From: an uncultured Verrucomicrobiae bacterium
GTDB taxonomy: Bacteria > Chlamydiota > Chlamydiia > Chlamydiales > Rhabdochlamydiaceae
NCBI GenBank assembly: GCA_963818965.1
Contig: CAWFUG010000011.1
Span: forward strand, 1 to 64,000
DNA length: 64,000 nt
Reading direction: 5' to 3'
How positions within the stretch are numbered: the first letter of the stretch is position 1; the number at the start of each line of letters is the position of its first letter. Under the pieces are notes generated by a model. That model was given only the letters and a program-made list of their open reading frames with translations, did not search any database and was not told the origin of the DNA. Position numbers and translations under genes: made by a program. Below are positions 46,259 through 56,200 of this stretch, in pieces.

Positions 46259-47251
46259 TCGATCGATCCAAACCACTCCACGGGGGGCGAGCTCTAAGTG
46301 AAGGAGCTGGTCCTTTCCCACTTTTACCTTTTCGCGCTGCCCGACACGACACGACACCAAACCCTTGGGTAGCTTGAGCGTCACTGCCTGTGCTGTTTCA
46401 GAAGAAAGAGACACCTGGCGCAGACATTTCTTCGTCCACTCCATCGAAAGTCTTATCCCCGACCGCGTTCCTCCTCCCAGCCACCGGCCACAGTGAAATT
46501 CAGGAGGGACACAAGGCAACAGCAAAAGAACCCCTTCATCCTCCACAAAGAACAAAGAACGCACGATCTCTGCGCTTTCCGTCAAAAGCGCTAAAACAGA
46601 TCCCTTAAAGCTTCCCTGCTCCACAATCCCCTGAAATTCTGTGTCCTCTGCACGAGGCACGAACACCCCTTCAAATGCCGCCTGAAAAAACGTTCTAAAA
46701 AGAGAGACGATCTCTACCTTACGCCGCTCTACAACTGCTTGACGGCATGTATCCAAAAGCGCCCACATTCCCCCTACTCCCTCTCCTCGCTCCTGGGGCG
46801 AGCTCTGAGCGATGCGCAACCAGAGGGGAAAGAGCTCCTTTAAATCCAGACGCCCCTTGATTTTCTCCCACTCCTGCGCTTTATGCATCCCCAAAGAAAG
46901 CCTGTCTAAACAAGACGGGGGTACATATCCCTCTGAACACGGAACCAGAAGCGCGCGTTTTCCGCCCCCTTTTTCCCAATCGATCCAGATCCCTTGTTCC
47001 TCCGCAAAGAGCGCATACCGCATCCCCTCTCCCCATACGCGGATACGCCCGCGTTCGAGATCGAGCTCCGCCGTAAATCCCTTCACAGGTCCTTTGACCT
47101 CTAGATCAAAAAACAGGGTCTTTCCCCCTTCTTCAGAAAAAATCAGGCGCGTGGGGTAGATCTGCACTCTCCAAGGAGTCCCTGGAATCGGGAATAGAGA
47201 GCCTAAGCTGTGGGAAAAGGGACGGAGGCGCTCGGCGATGGTGATCTTCAT
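46247..47251 (-). CDS. Conserved hypothetical protein (chlamydial type)
   Basis: 334 aa, ATGA-coupled to mtaB; RPFSH, LSLG.HKAQ.W and LLP..P.EFHCGR motifs. Confidence 0.75.
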   Translation of the reverse strand: MKITIAERLRPFSHSLGSLFPIPGTPWRVQIYPTRLIFSEEGGKTLFFDLEVKGPVKGFTAELDLERGRIRVWGEGMRYALFAEEQGIWIDWEKGGGKRALLVPCSEGYVPPSCLDRLSLGMHKAQEWEKIKGRLDLKELFPLWLRIAQSSPQERGEGVGGMWALLDTCRQAVVERRKVEIVSLFRTFFQAAFEGVFVPRAEDTEFQGIVEQGSFKGSVLALLTESAEIVRSLFFVEDEGVLLLLPCVPPEFHCGRWLGGGTRSGIRLSMEWTKKCLRQVSLSSETAQAVTLKLPKGLVSCRVGQREKVKVGKDQLLHLELAPRGVVWIDRLES

Positions 47252-48522
47252 GAGATGACCCTCCCGAACAGCCCTTCAGGGCGGTTTTCTATGAGCTCTA
47301 CAGCGACGAGTGTGTTGGGACTCAAATCCCCCTTAGGGACAAAGACCTGTAGGAAATTATCCGTATGCCCGCCGATTCTCTCGGGGAAATGAGACTCATC
47401 ATTTTCCAAGAGAACAGAACGCCTTTGCCCGAGGAACGATTCCCTCAAAGAGAACGCGTGTTCCTCTGCTGCGCGCAAGAGCCGCTGCTTCCGCTCTTGC
47501 ATCACTTCAGGACTCACCCGATTCGGATAGAGCGCAGCGCGCGTCCGCTCGCGGACGCTGAAGGGGAACATGTGGACCTTGGCAAAGCGCACCCGCCGCA
47601 TCACATCTAACGTGTCCTCAAAGTCTCGCTCGCTCTCTCCAGGAAAGCCCACAATGATATCAGTGGTCACCGTAAAATCGGGGCACGCTTTTTGTAAGCG
47701 CTCGATTGTCTCTAAAAAGATCTCCCGCGTGTACTTGCGATTCATCCGCTTTAATATGACGTTCGATCCCGCTTGGAGCACGATATGCATCGAAGGACAG
47801 GTTTTCTTCCCATTCAAGATCGCATCTGTCAGGTCTTCGTCGATCTCATCGGGATCGATCGAAGAGAGCCTGAGTCGCTCGAGCCCATCCAAACCATCGA
47901 CCTCTCGAATGAGTGTGGAAAGACGCACAGGAGGCTCTCCCTCTTTTGGAGCCCCATCGAAGTCTCCCACATTGATCCCCGTGATCACGACCTCTTTGTA
48001 GCCATTGGCGATCAATTGGCGGATCTCAGCGAGAATCTCTGAGACAGGACGCGAGCGAGAACGGCCGCGGACATAGGGGATGATGCAATAGGTACAAAAG
48101 GAATTACACCCATCCTGAACTTTTACAAAAGCTCGCGTATGCGCTTCGAACCTCTGAATGGAAAATTCGGGGATCTCTTCATCGGGAAGGGCGAGCGACA
48201 GGAGGTTCTCCTTATCGCGATTGGAGACGACAAGACTCACACCGGTAATTTTATCGATTGTCTCTGGAGAGCGCTCAGCGAGACAGCCTGTGACGATGAG
48301 CTTCGCACCGGGGTATTTGCGCGCTAGCTGGCGAATCTGGTGCCTACTGGAACTATCGGCAGAATCTGTAACCGTGCAGGTATTGACGATGCAGATCTCT
48401 GCATCTTCTCCTTCTCGGGCTTCTTGAAACCCCATCTGGAGGAGCTGATCTACATAAGCTTGGGATTCGTACTGATTCGTCCGACACCCCAGCGTGACGA
48501 CTTTAAATTTTCGGTTTGACAC
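47248..48522 (-). CDS. mtaB: tRNA t6A37 methylthiotransferase (radical SAM); start reassigned to the GTG at 48522
   Basis: TLGCRTNQYES, NTCTVT, TRAFVKVQDGCNSFCTYCIIP, HMFPFS. Confidence 0.92.
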   Translation of the reverse strand: MSNRKFKVVTLGCRTNQYESQAYVDQLLQMGFQEAREGEDAEICIVNTCTVTDSADSSSRHQIRQLARKYPGAKLIVTGCLAERSPETIDKITGVSLVVSNRDKENLLSLALPDEEIPEFSIQRFEAHTRAFVKVQDGCNSFCTYCIIPYVRGRSRSRPVSEILAEIRQLIANGYKEVVITGINVGDFDGAPKEGEPPVRLSTLIREVDGLDGLERLRLSSIDPDEIDEDLTDAILNGKKTCPSMHIVLQAGSNVILKRMNRKYTREIFLETIERLQKACPDFTVTTDIIVGFPGESERDFEDTLDVMRRVRFAKVHMFPFSVRERTRAALYPNRVSPEVMQERKQRLLRAAEEHAFSLRESFLGQRRSVLLENDESHFPERIGGHTDNFLQVFVPKGDLSPNTLVAVELIENRPEGLFGRVIS

Positions 48523-48540
48523 GATCTTGACTTTGCTAGC

Positions 48541-48706
48541 TATACCCCGCGCGCTTAGGAATGGCGCATTTGAGCGCGTCAAAGCCCCGGGATTCTACGA
48601 TCGAAGAGGGGGCCTGTATTTCTTCAATACTGGCCCCCTCTTCGATCGTAGAATCGCGGGAGCTTTCACGCAGCTCAAATGCGCCATTCCTAAGCGCGCG
48701 GGGTAT
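48541..48706. mobile_element. TATACCCC...GGGGTAT palindromic element, copy 2
   Basis: Nested inverted repeats; homologous to 40497-40644. Confidence 0.8.
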
Positions 48707-48820
48707 CAGGTCTTCTAGAATATGTCATCCCAAAGATTCCTGGAAAGCGGAAACCTCGACTTTATACATTCCTAACCGTGACCGATACCGTTACTGGGGG
48801 CAACGGGGTGCAGCCCAAAG

Positions 48821-49051
48821 GAGATTGGGGAAATCAAGCCCTGGTATAATAAGCGATTTAAAGCTTGGATTTTCAGACATAAGAAGTACCCAAATGTTGA
48901 GTATGTCGGAGAATCTTCTAAAGAAACACTAAAAAATTATCCGCTTTATTTACGGGATTTTATCGAAGAAAGGCTCAACAATAATCTTGCACCCCATATC
49001 GAAAAAGTGACGAAAGGTCATGGGGGCAAGGGAAAGCGACAAAAAAAATGA
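48821..49051 (+). pseudogene. Startless gene fragment, possibly HicB-like
   Basis: Open frame EIGEIKPWYNKRFKAWIFRHKKYPNVEYVGESSKETLKNYPLYLRDFIEERL...KGHGG, ending inside the adjacent element; family call from memory only. Confidence 0.35.
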
Positions 49052-49156
49052 TATAACGATATGAACGATAAAGAATGTTTCGAAACAACTTAGTTATAGA
49101 GAACTAAAAAACCCACATCATTCTTATCATTATATCCTTCCTATCATTTCCTTGCC
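49025..49156. mobile_element. MITE-like element, second copy (inverted relative to 18613-18732)
   Basis: Reverse complement reads ggcaaggaaatgataggaaggatataatgataagaatgatg...ttttttagttctcta, matching 18613 onward. Confidence 0.7.
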
Positions 49157-49242
49157 GCTCGCTCGCCAAAACCTTTATACCCAAGTATACTTAAGATCGT
49201 GAGTTTCGGCCACAATAAGAACTCGAGGATGATTCTAAGCTC

Positions 49243-49590
49243 TTATTTTCCGTGGTGTCCACCGCCGCCATGATGCCCACCGCCATGGTGGTCTCCCCCA
49301 TGATGATCATGATGGTCATGATGGTCGTGGTGATCATGATGATCGTGGTGATGATCATGGTGGTGATGGTGGTGGTAGTAGTTGAAATCGACCTCATTAT
49401 CGAACCAAACGCCATAGTAGAAACCAGGACCGACCCAAATCACGTTATCGTCACCCCCGCCCGCTTCGATGAAAACTGCCCCTTCTTCAGGTGGGATGTC
49501 TGGTTGGCCCGTCGGTTGCTTGGAACCATCCTTGTTTGCGCCGCAGGAAAAAAGAAGGCCCAAAACGAGAACCAATGGGAAAATCGACAT
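49243..49590 (-). CDS. Putative lipoprotein with His/Asp/Gly-rich tail
   Basis: Signal peptide with lipobox LFSC; tail HHHHHHDHHHDHHDHHDHHDHHGGDHHGGGHH. Confidence 0.75.
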   Translation of the reverse strand: MSIFPLVLVLGLLFSCGANKDGSKQPTGQPDIPPEEGAVFIEAGGGDDNVIWVGPGFYYGVWFDNEVDFNYYHHHHHHDHHHDHHDHHDHHDHHDHHGGDHHGGGHHGGGGHHGK

Positions 49591-49666
49591 AAAAAACCTC
49601 GTGTTTATAAAACCCGAGTTAACCGAATTCAGCCAATTCGAGTAAAGTAAAAATTTAACAAGAAAT

Positions 49667-50872
49667 TTAATAGGAGCGCAGGGCCTGCGCGATGGGCATG
49701 CGCGCGACTTTTATAGCGGCAAGGCTTGAGGCGACAAGTGCCGAAGTGACGCTAAGGACCAGGGTCGAGACCAACATCGTCGGCGTGAATGCGAAAGCGA
49801 GCACCGCCTCGCGCGTTGAACCGGGTCCCGGTGGCATTAAAATCCCCTTGGCAAAGATCCCTTTGGCGACGAGATAAGTGAGGCCGACACCGATCAGACA
49901 CCCGAAAAAGCCAAGAAGCGCCCCTTCACAGAGGATCAGCTTCATGATATCTAAACGAGATTCCCCGTTGGCGCGTAAATTACCGATCTCTTGCTTTCTC
50001 TCTAGAATCGATGTGGAGATGGTATTGAAGATGCCTAAGAGAACGATCGAGATGATGATCAATTGAACCACGTGAAATTGGGCATTTAACCAATCGACTG
50101 AGTTCTGGTAATAGACTTTATCGAGCTCTGCAAAAGACGCCGCTTCTATCTGAGGAAATTTTTGTCGCATCGCTTCTACGATCGCATCCCAATGCTCATG
50201 ACTGACCAACCCGACGGATACAGACTCGACTTTATCTGTGCGCAAGAGTTCTTGAGCCTTTTCGAGCTGGATGCGGAAAAAGCGATTATCGTAATCCGCC
50301 TTTCCCGTATGAAAAATCCCCGTCACTTTTAGTTTGGTCTTCTGGATGCTCCCATCGGTCGCCTTCGTGTAGAGCTCGAGTTGATCTCCCGGTTTGACAT
50401 TCAGAGCTTTGGCAAGTCCTTTGCCGAGCAAAATTCCATTTTTTTCTTTCCCGAGATTAGCTCCCTCTTCCACATTCAAACCGTCGAAGAAATCGTCCTC
50501 TTGGCTTGCCAAGATGCCCTGTCCTTGTCCTGTGACCGATACCTTTTTATGCATGAGCATCGCTGGAATCGAAAGGCGGGGGAACACCGATTGGACCCCT
50601 TCTTGATCGAGCAAGAAAAACTCTAAGCTCTCCCAATTGGCAATCCAGTGATTCCAAGGCTTTTCATAGACGGTATCGCGGTATCCCTTTTCGTTGAGCT
50701 GACCATTGCCGTAATGCGCGTGGATCATATTCTCGCGGTAATTACCCAAAACACCGTGGATAAATCCTTGGAAAGCAAAGAGCGCACCGGCGCCAAGACC
50801 TACTGTTAATAGAATGGCAATGGTCCTGCGGAAATTGCGAAATAGATTTCTGATGCTTAAAGATAAGATCAT
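49667..50872 (-). CDS. ABC transporter permease, LolC/E-MacB/FtsX family
   Basis: RNLFRNFRRT, LGKGLAKALNVKPGD, ERKQEIGNLRANG. Confidence 0.92.
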   Translation of the reverse strand: MILSLSIRNLFRNFRRTIAILLTVGLGAGALFAFQGFIHGVLGNYRENMIHAHYGNGQLNEKGYRDTVYEKPWNHWIANWESLEFFLLDQEGVQSVFPRLSIPAMLMHKKVSVTGQGQGILASQEDDFFDGLNVEEGANLGKEKNGILLGKGLAKALNVKPGDQLELYTKATDGSIQKTKLKVTGIFHTGKADYDNRFFRIQLEKAQELLRTDKVESVSVGLVSHEHWDAIVEAMRQKFPQIEAASFAELDKVYYQNSVDWLNAQFHVVQLIIISIVLLGIFNTISTSILERKQEIGNLRANGESRLDIMKLILCEGALLGFFGCLIGVGLTYLVAKGIFAKGILMPPGPGSTREAVLAFAFTPTMLVSTLVLSVTSALVASSLAAIKVARMPIAQALRSY

Positions 50873-51552
50873 CTCGCCTCCAATCGCCCATCTCTTAGAT
50901 GGAAGTCTTTTTCTGAATAGGCGAGAACCTGTGGATCGTGCGTGGTCAGAATCACCGTCACTTTTTTGTCGCGGACGAGTTTGAGCAGTAGATCCATGAT
51001 CCCTCGGCCTGTCTTTTGATCGAGGCTCGCTGTCGGCTCATCTGCGATGATCACTTCAGGATGTTTTGCAAGAGCCCGCGCGATTGCAACCCGCTGCTTC
51101 TGTCCTCCGCTTAACTCTCCCGGCTTCTTTTTACGGTGATCCCAAAGGCCGACGACTTCTAAAGAATACTTCACCCGCTCTGCGATCTCTTTTTTGGATA
51201 GCCCTTGTCGTTTTAAAAAGTATTCGACATTTTCCTCTGTCGAAAGAACGGGGATCAAATGAAATTGTTGAAAGATGAATCCAATTTTTACTTTGCGGAT
51301 CTCGTTTTTTCGTTTTTGAGTCATCGTCAGGAAATTCTCCCCTTCAAAGAGGATCTCTCCCCCTTGCAGAGGTTCGATCAATCCCAATAAATTCAATAAA
51401 GTCGATTTACCGGAACCTGAGGGACCTGAAAAAGTGACCAAAGAATAGCGCTGGATCTCCAGACTCAAATCAGAAAGCGCTACCACCTTCTGCGAACCCA
51501 AAACATAGCTGAATGCGATGCCTTTTAAAGAATATAGAATATCGGAATCCAC
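50869..51552 (-). CDS. ABC transporter ATP-binding protein (LolD-like)
   Basis: [26 protein letters not shown]. Confidence 0.95.
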   Translation of the reverse strand: MDSDILYSLKGIAFSYVLGSQKVVALSDLSLEIQRYSLVTFSGPSGSGKSTLLNLLGLIEPLQGGEILFEGENFLTMTQKRKNEIRKVKIGFIFQQFHLIPVLSTEENVEYFLKRQGLSKKEIAERVKYSLEVVGLWDHRKKKPGELSGGQKQRVAIARALAKHPEVIIADEPTASLDQKTGRGIMDLLLKLVRDKKVTVILTTHDPQVLAYSEKDFHLRDGRLEAR

Positions 51553-51611
51553 TTTCCCCTTAGATTAATAACCACTTTTTTATCAGATTATAACTAAACA
51601 GGTAATTAAAC

Positions 51612-53111
51612 TCACGGTAAAACTTTATTGAAAACAGACTCAACTTCCCCTTCGAAAATTTCAATATGTAGAGTCTCTGGCTTCCCTTCTCCATTCAAAC
51701 AAAAGCTCGCATAGGTGCCTGAATCGGTCACAAAAGGCCAAGAGAATAAAAAAGAATCTCGATTGTAGTGTTTGAGCATCCACTTCGTTTTTCGCGGTCC
51801 AATCTCAATCTGTAGCCCCTCTCCTGCGACAGTTACGACGAGTTTGCCATAGATGGAGTTTTGATAGACTCCTGTGTATGCGTTTAAAGACAAAGCGGGA
51901 AGGATCACTTTCGGCGGAACTACTTTTTTAGATCTACCCTCTTTTTGTGCATCGAGTAATTTTTGCGTCCAATCGACAGAGGGTTTTTCAAAATAGAGAT
52001 CGAAGAATTTCCAAGTGAGGGCTTCTGCGACCACCGTATCCCGCGTATTGCACAAGACGACAATCCCTAAGCGCTCTTCTGGAATCACCGCCATGTTGTT
52101 GTTGACGTTCAATGTCGCCCCATTGTGCCAGATGATCGGATAAGGAGAATAGTCGCGTGAGATCCATCCTAAGCAGTAATAGTTCGGAATCCCATTGAGG
52201 TTTGCAGCGAAGATATGAGGGCGGTGTGTACGAGAGAGATTCTCTTTCGAGATCACTTGTTTGCCCTGATAGCGGCCTAAATCTGCCTGAAGTGTGATCC
52301 ACTTGGCCATATCTAAAATCGTAGAATTAACACCTCCTGATGCCGCATAGATGTAGATCCAATCCCTACTTTCAAAATTCTCAGGCAAAGTGACTACTTG
52401 ACCATCGGAGAGGCGCACATGCCACCCTGCACGCTGAGAATTCTTCAAATAGCCTTGTAAATCGCAGCTAGAGGCATTCATCCCCAGCGGATTAAAGAGC
52501 TCTTCGTGGATCAGCGTCTCCCACGACTTTCCTGTGATCTGATGGAGCACCTTAGCACCGACGGCAAAAAAGACATTTTGGTAGGCGAACTGTGAGCGAA
52601 AACTCGACACAGGAGGATAGAAGCGCAAGTGGTCGATGATAGAATCGATCGGAATCCCCAAAAGAGGCTGAAAATCCCCTTCACGCGGCAAGAGACCACT
52701 TCTCTGCGCATAGAGATCTTCGATCTCAAATGCCCGTGTGACCCATGGATCGTACATCATAAAAGAGGGCAAGTGATCCACCACGGGATCTTCCCACTTC
52801 AGCCACTTCCGATCGACGCCCACAGCTGTCAGCGCTGTCGTAAACGATTTACTCATCGATCCGATCTGAAAGAGCGTGTCTGTCGTCACTGGATCTGGAG
52901 CATTGAGATCCCGCTTTCCAAACCCCTTCACATAAACGACTTTGCCATCCTTCACAATGGCCACCGCCATCCCCACCGCCTGACACTTTTGCCGCGAGCT
53001 TTCTGCGTACTGCTCGAATTCCTCGAGCAAACCGCTCCACTCTCGCGCATAGACAAACGAAGAAAACAGAGAAAAGACACAACAAATGATTTTCGCCCTA
53101 AACATCGCCAC
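51612..53111 (-). CDS. Serine hydrolase (beta-lactamase class C-like) with C-terminal DUF3471-like domain
   Basis: FQIGSMSK (SxxK), YQN, HNG; signal peptide; YTGVYQNSIYG. Confidence 0.88.
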   Translation of the reverse strand: MAMFRAKIICCVFSLFSSFVYAREWSGLLEEFEQYAESSRQKCQAVGMAVAIVKDGKVVYVKGFGKRDLNAPDPVTTDTLFQIGSMSKSFTTALTAVGVDRKWLKWEDPVVDHLPSFMMYDPWVTRAFEIEDLYAQRSGLLPREGDFQPLLGIPIDSIIDHLRFYPPVSSFRSQFAYQNVFFAVGAKVLHQITGKSWETLIHEELFNPLGMNASSCDLQGYLKNSQRAGWHVRLSDGQVVTLPENFESRDWIYIYAASGGVNSTILDMAKWITLQADLGRYQGKQVISKENLSRTHRPHIFAANLNGIPNYYCLGWISRDYSPYPIIWHNGATLNVNNNMAVIPEERLGIVVLCNTRDTVVAEALTWKFFDLYFEKPSVDWTQKLLDAQKEGRSKKVVPPKVILPALSLNAYTGVYQNSIYGKLVVTVAGEGLQIEIGPRKTKWMLKHYNRDSFLFSWPFVTDSGTYASFCLNGEGKPETLHIEIFEGEVESVFNKVLP

Positions 53112-53248
53112 TCCTAATTCGTATCGATATTTTTTGTTTAAAATAAAAAAAATAATAAATCAATAAAAACCAACGCGATCGACTTGTAAATAATTTAAAT
53201 TTAACTAATATAAAAATTAGACGTGTGAATTAAAAAAAGAGCAGTGTT

Positions 53249-56200
53249 ATGCATCCTCCGATGAGAAGTTCCCAAGAGATCCAAGCGCAATTGCACTCGA
53301 TCGAAGCACACTGCGAACAGGTTCAGCAAAAGTATGAAAAATCGGTGCGCGACCCCTCCGAGGAGGGAAGGACTCAGGCTCTTTTACGCAATAAGCTCAG
53401 TTCTGATCTGGATGGATTACGAGAAATGCGCGATCTATTTCTAAAGGGAAGGGTCAAATGCTCCAAAGAAGACGCAGAGGAGACCATCGCCCTATTCAAT
53501 CGCGTCGCTACCTTTGTTAATAAGGCGCTGCCTCAAACCGGCGTGGAAGCGCTGCCTGAAGCGGAAGTCTTGGATCTGCAGTTCTCCCCCTCCTTCCAGC
53601 AGCTTTCTGAAGTAGAGAAAGAATTCATTTCTGGGTTGACTCCCAAAAATTTGGGCCATCTCATTGGCGATTCCTTCATCCTAGGGATGACCGATCGTTG
53701 GGGGGGGCGCCTAGAGGGAAATACCATGACAGGGGCTCTAAAATTCCTCCTCAATGCGATCGAGTATCTACCCACGAAATACCCTGAAAAATTCGCGGGT
53801 AAGGAAGCGGAGCTCGCCCAAGCAAAGCAGCTTTTTTCCCAACTGCTTGAATCGTCAGATCGTTTGGAGAGGATCGAACAAGAAACAGACCCTGATAAAC
53901 AGGAGCGGCAATTTTCAGAATTCGTCTCCCAAACACGTGATCAATTGAGCCATTTAAAAGAGGGGGAGACACTGCTACTGCCGTGGGGATGGTCCGATCC
54001 CTCTAAGATCGGCCATGCCATGCTCCTCTCTTGTACGAGAAGGAATGGGGAGCTGTGGATCGAGGCGACGAATACGGGCTCTGGAACGGAATTTCACGAG
54101 GTTCCTCAAGAAGCAGGATTCCGCATTAATACGGTTTGTCACTACCGCATTCCCGCTGAAAAAGAGGAAGATTTCTACGATGGGACTTTATCTGCGTTAT
54201 TTGAACCGAGAATTCTCGGAGGATTGACTGAGCACGACAGTGTCATGGATATGAATGAGCGCTATAGCGCAGAAGAGCTCTACCTCATGCTCGAGCCGTA
54301 TCGTTCACAGCCTTGGGGCAAATACCCCCAGACAGAATCACTCAGAGGAGAGCAACAAAGTGGGACCTGTTCGTTACGCTGTTATTTCGATTGTTTTGGC
54401 AGAATGACCTCTAGCGATTTTCGTAAAGAATTTAAGTTTTTATGGGAGCAAGAGGTCGTCTCTCAGTTGCTACAATATGGAGATCACTTTGTAGCGAGCG
54501 ATCCCGTCTATGTCCTCTACTTGAATCGGATGAATCCCAATCTCTTCCGACACCTCGATAAATTGCGCAAACAGGGACTTCCCGAAACGGAAAGCCTCCC
54601 TCTTTTGGAAAAATTTGAAAGACAACAAAAAGAGATCGAGGCCCTCACTTTCCCCTCCGAAGAACAGGGGGTAACGCTCTCCACTAGATTCGAGCCTCGA
54701 TGGCCAGGGACCTACATGAGAGAACTTTGGGAAAGCGGCAGGAAGCGTCTCGTGGAAGGAGAAAGACCTTCGGAGTCTCAAAGTCAAGAAATGCCAGAAG
54801 GCGTGCCTCCACTGCTGCAAGCGGAGCAACTCGCCACTTTACCTCCCGAACAACTCTTAGAGATATTAGACGCCTCTGCTTTATTTTTTAGTGAAGAAGA
54901 TCCCCTGCTCGATGAAATAAAGTCTAGTGGAACCCAATGGAAATTCTTAGAATGCACCATTCCAAGGGATTTTTTCCTCGGAGAGCAATGCAGACAGATC
55001 GCTCGACTCTTCACAGATCCCGCCCTCGAAAATCAAAGACGCGTCTTTTTGGAACAGCTCAAAGACTCCCCTGAATTAGTGGATGCCTTTTTAGAGCGAT
55101 TCTCAAAACTCTCCGGCATGATGACACAACCGATCCTACAAATGGATCTCCGTTATCCCCTAGCTCTCGAAGGGTTGCGCCTTGCCATTTACGATCTAGC
55201 AGTCCTAAGAGATGACCAACAGGGCCTTCAAGGCACCCAGAGAATCGATCACTATGCTCTTCACTTCGAAATGGATTTGAAAAAGGTCTCTCTCTCTGCC
55301 TATACTTTCAATACCCCCCAGGCAGAACGGGAGTATCGACACTTACAAGCCGCTTACGCGCAACGCTTCCCCGATCCTAAGCAGCCGCGGCTATGCCATT
55401 TTACAGAATGGGAAACGTCTACAAACAAGGGGCGGGGTGGTAGCTCTTTGTCCATTCCTTACAGCAATCGAGTTCCAGATTTTCAATACGCAGCCCGTTG
55501 GATTACGAGCCTAAAAGAGGAAGATCAGGACAAAGCCCATCAAGACTATCTAAAAGCGATCAAAAAAGGCTACGGTTCGAGCGCTAAAGAGGAGGAATGG
55601 CGGGTCTGTTGGATGGTAGCACATGGCAAACTCCCTTTAAGCTATCGCGCTCTTCTAACCGCTTCTCTAGGAGCGACTCGGGTTGCTCCTACTTCTGATA
55701 AAGAGTTATCTTCATTTCCGAATGCATTATCGGTAACAGTGGATCTCTCCACAGTTTTTCTGGAGATCGTTTCAACGGATAAAGAAAACCCAAACTATCT
55801 TTCACTCATGCAAAGCGCTGAGCTCACTCCCACTGAAAATGCGCTGATCCATTTCCCTGGCATGGGTAGCGATAAAAACTCCATTCCCTTACATCCTCAA
55901 AAACAAAACGAAGGGACTTTAAAACACGATCCGAAGTTAAGAGAAATCATAGCGATCTTATCTGTAGAGCACCCGCTCCAGCTGACGATGGCTCTCGACT
56001 TCTACCGTCAGTCACCCGAGCTGCTCTTGCAGACAGAACACCGCATTCTCTTCGAATCCTTGTTCTTCGCTCCGACAAAGCTCTCAGAGGCACTAAAAAA
56101 AAATCCCGCCCAAGCTCAAGAAATCACCCGCTTTTTTGAAGAGCTCTCCACCCTCTTGACGCTGAAAAAAATCGCCCTCACCGATCCCCAAGAAATCCTC

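Noticed and set aside
48523..48932. N-terminal extension of mtaB and ORFs 48494-48718 and 48561-48932 (likewise 40488-40758)
   Set aside because: These frames come from the palindromic elements; mtaB-like sequence begins at about 48522.
49191..49650. Met/Val-rich and Thr/Ile-rich ORFs overlapping the His-rich gene
   Set aside because: Alternative frames of the low-complexity CAT/CAC/GAT repeat; only 49243-49590 has a signal peptide.
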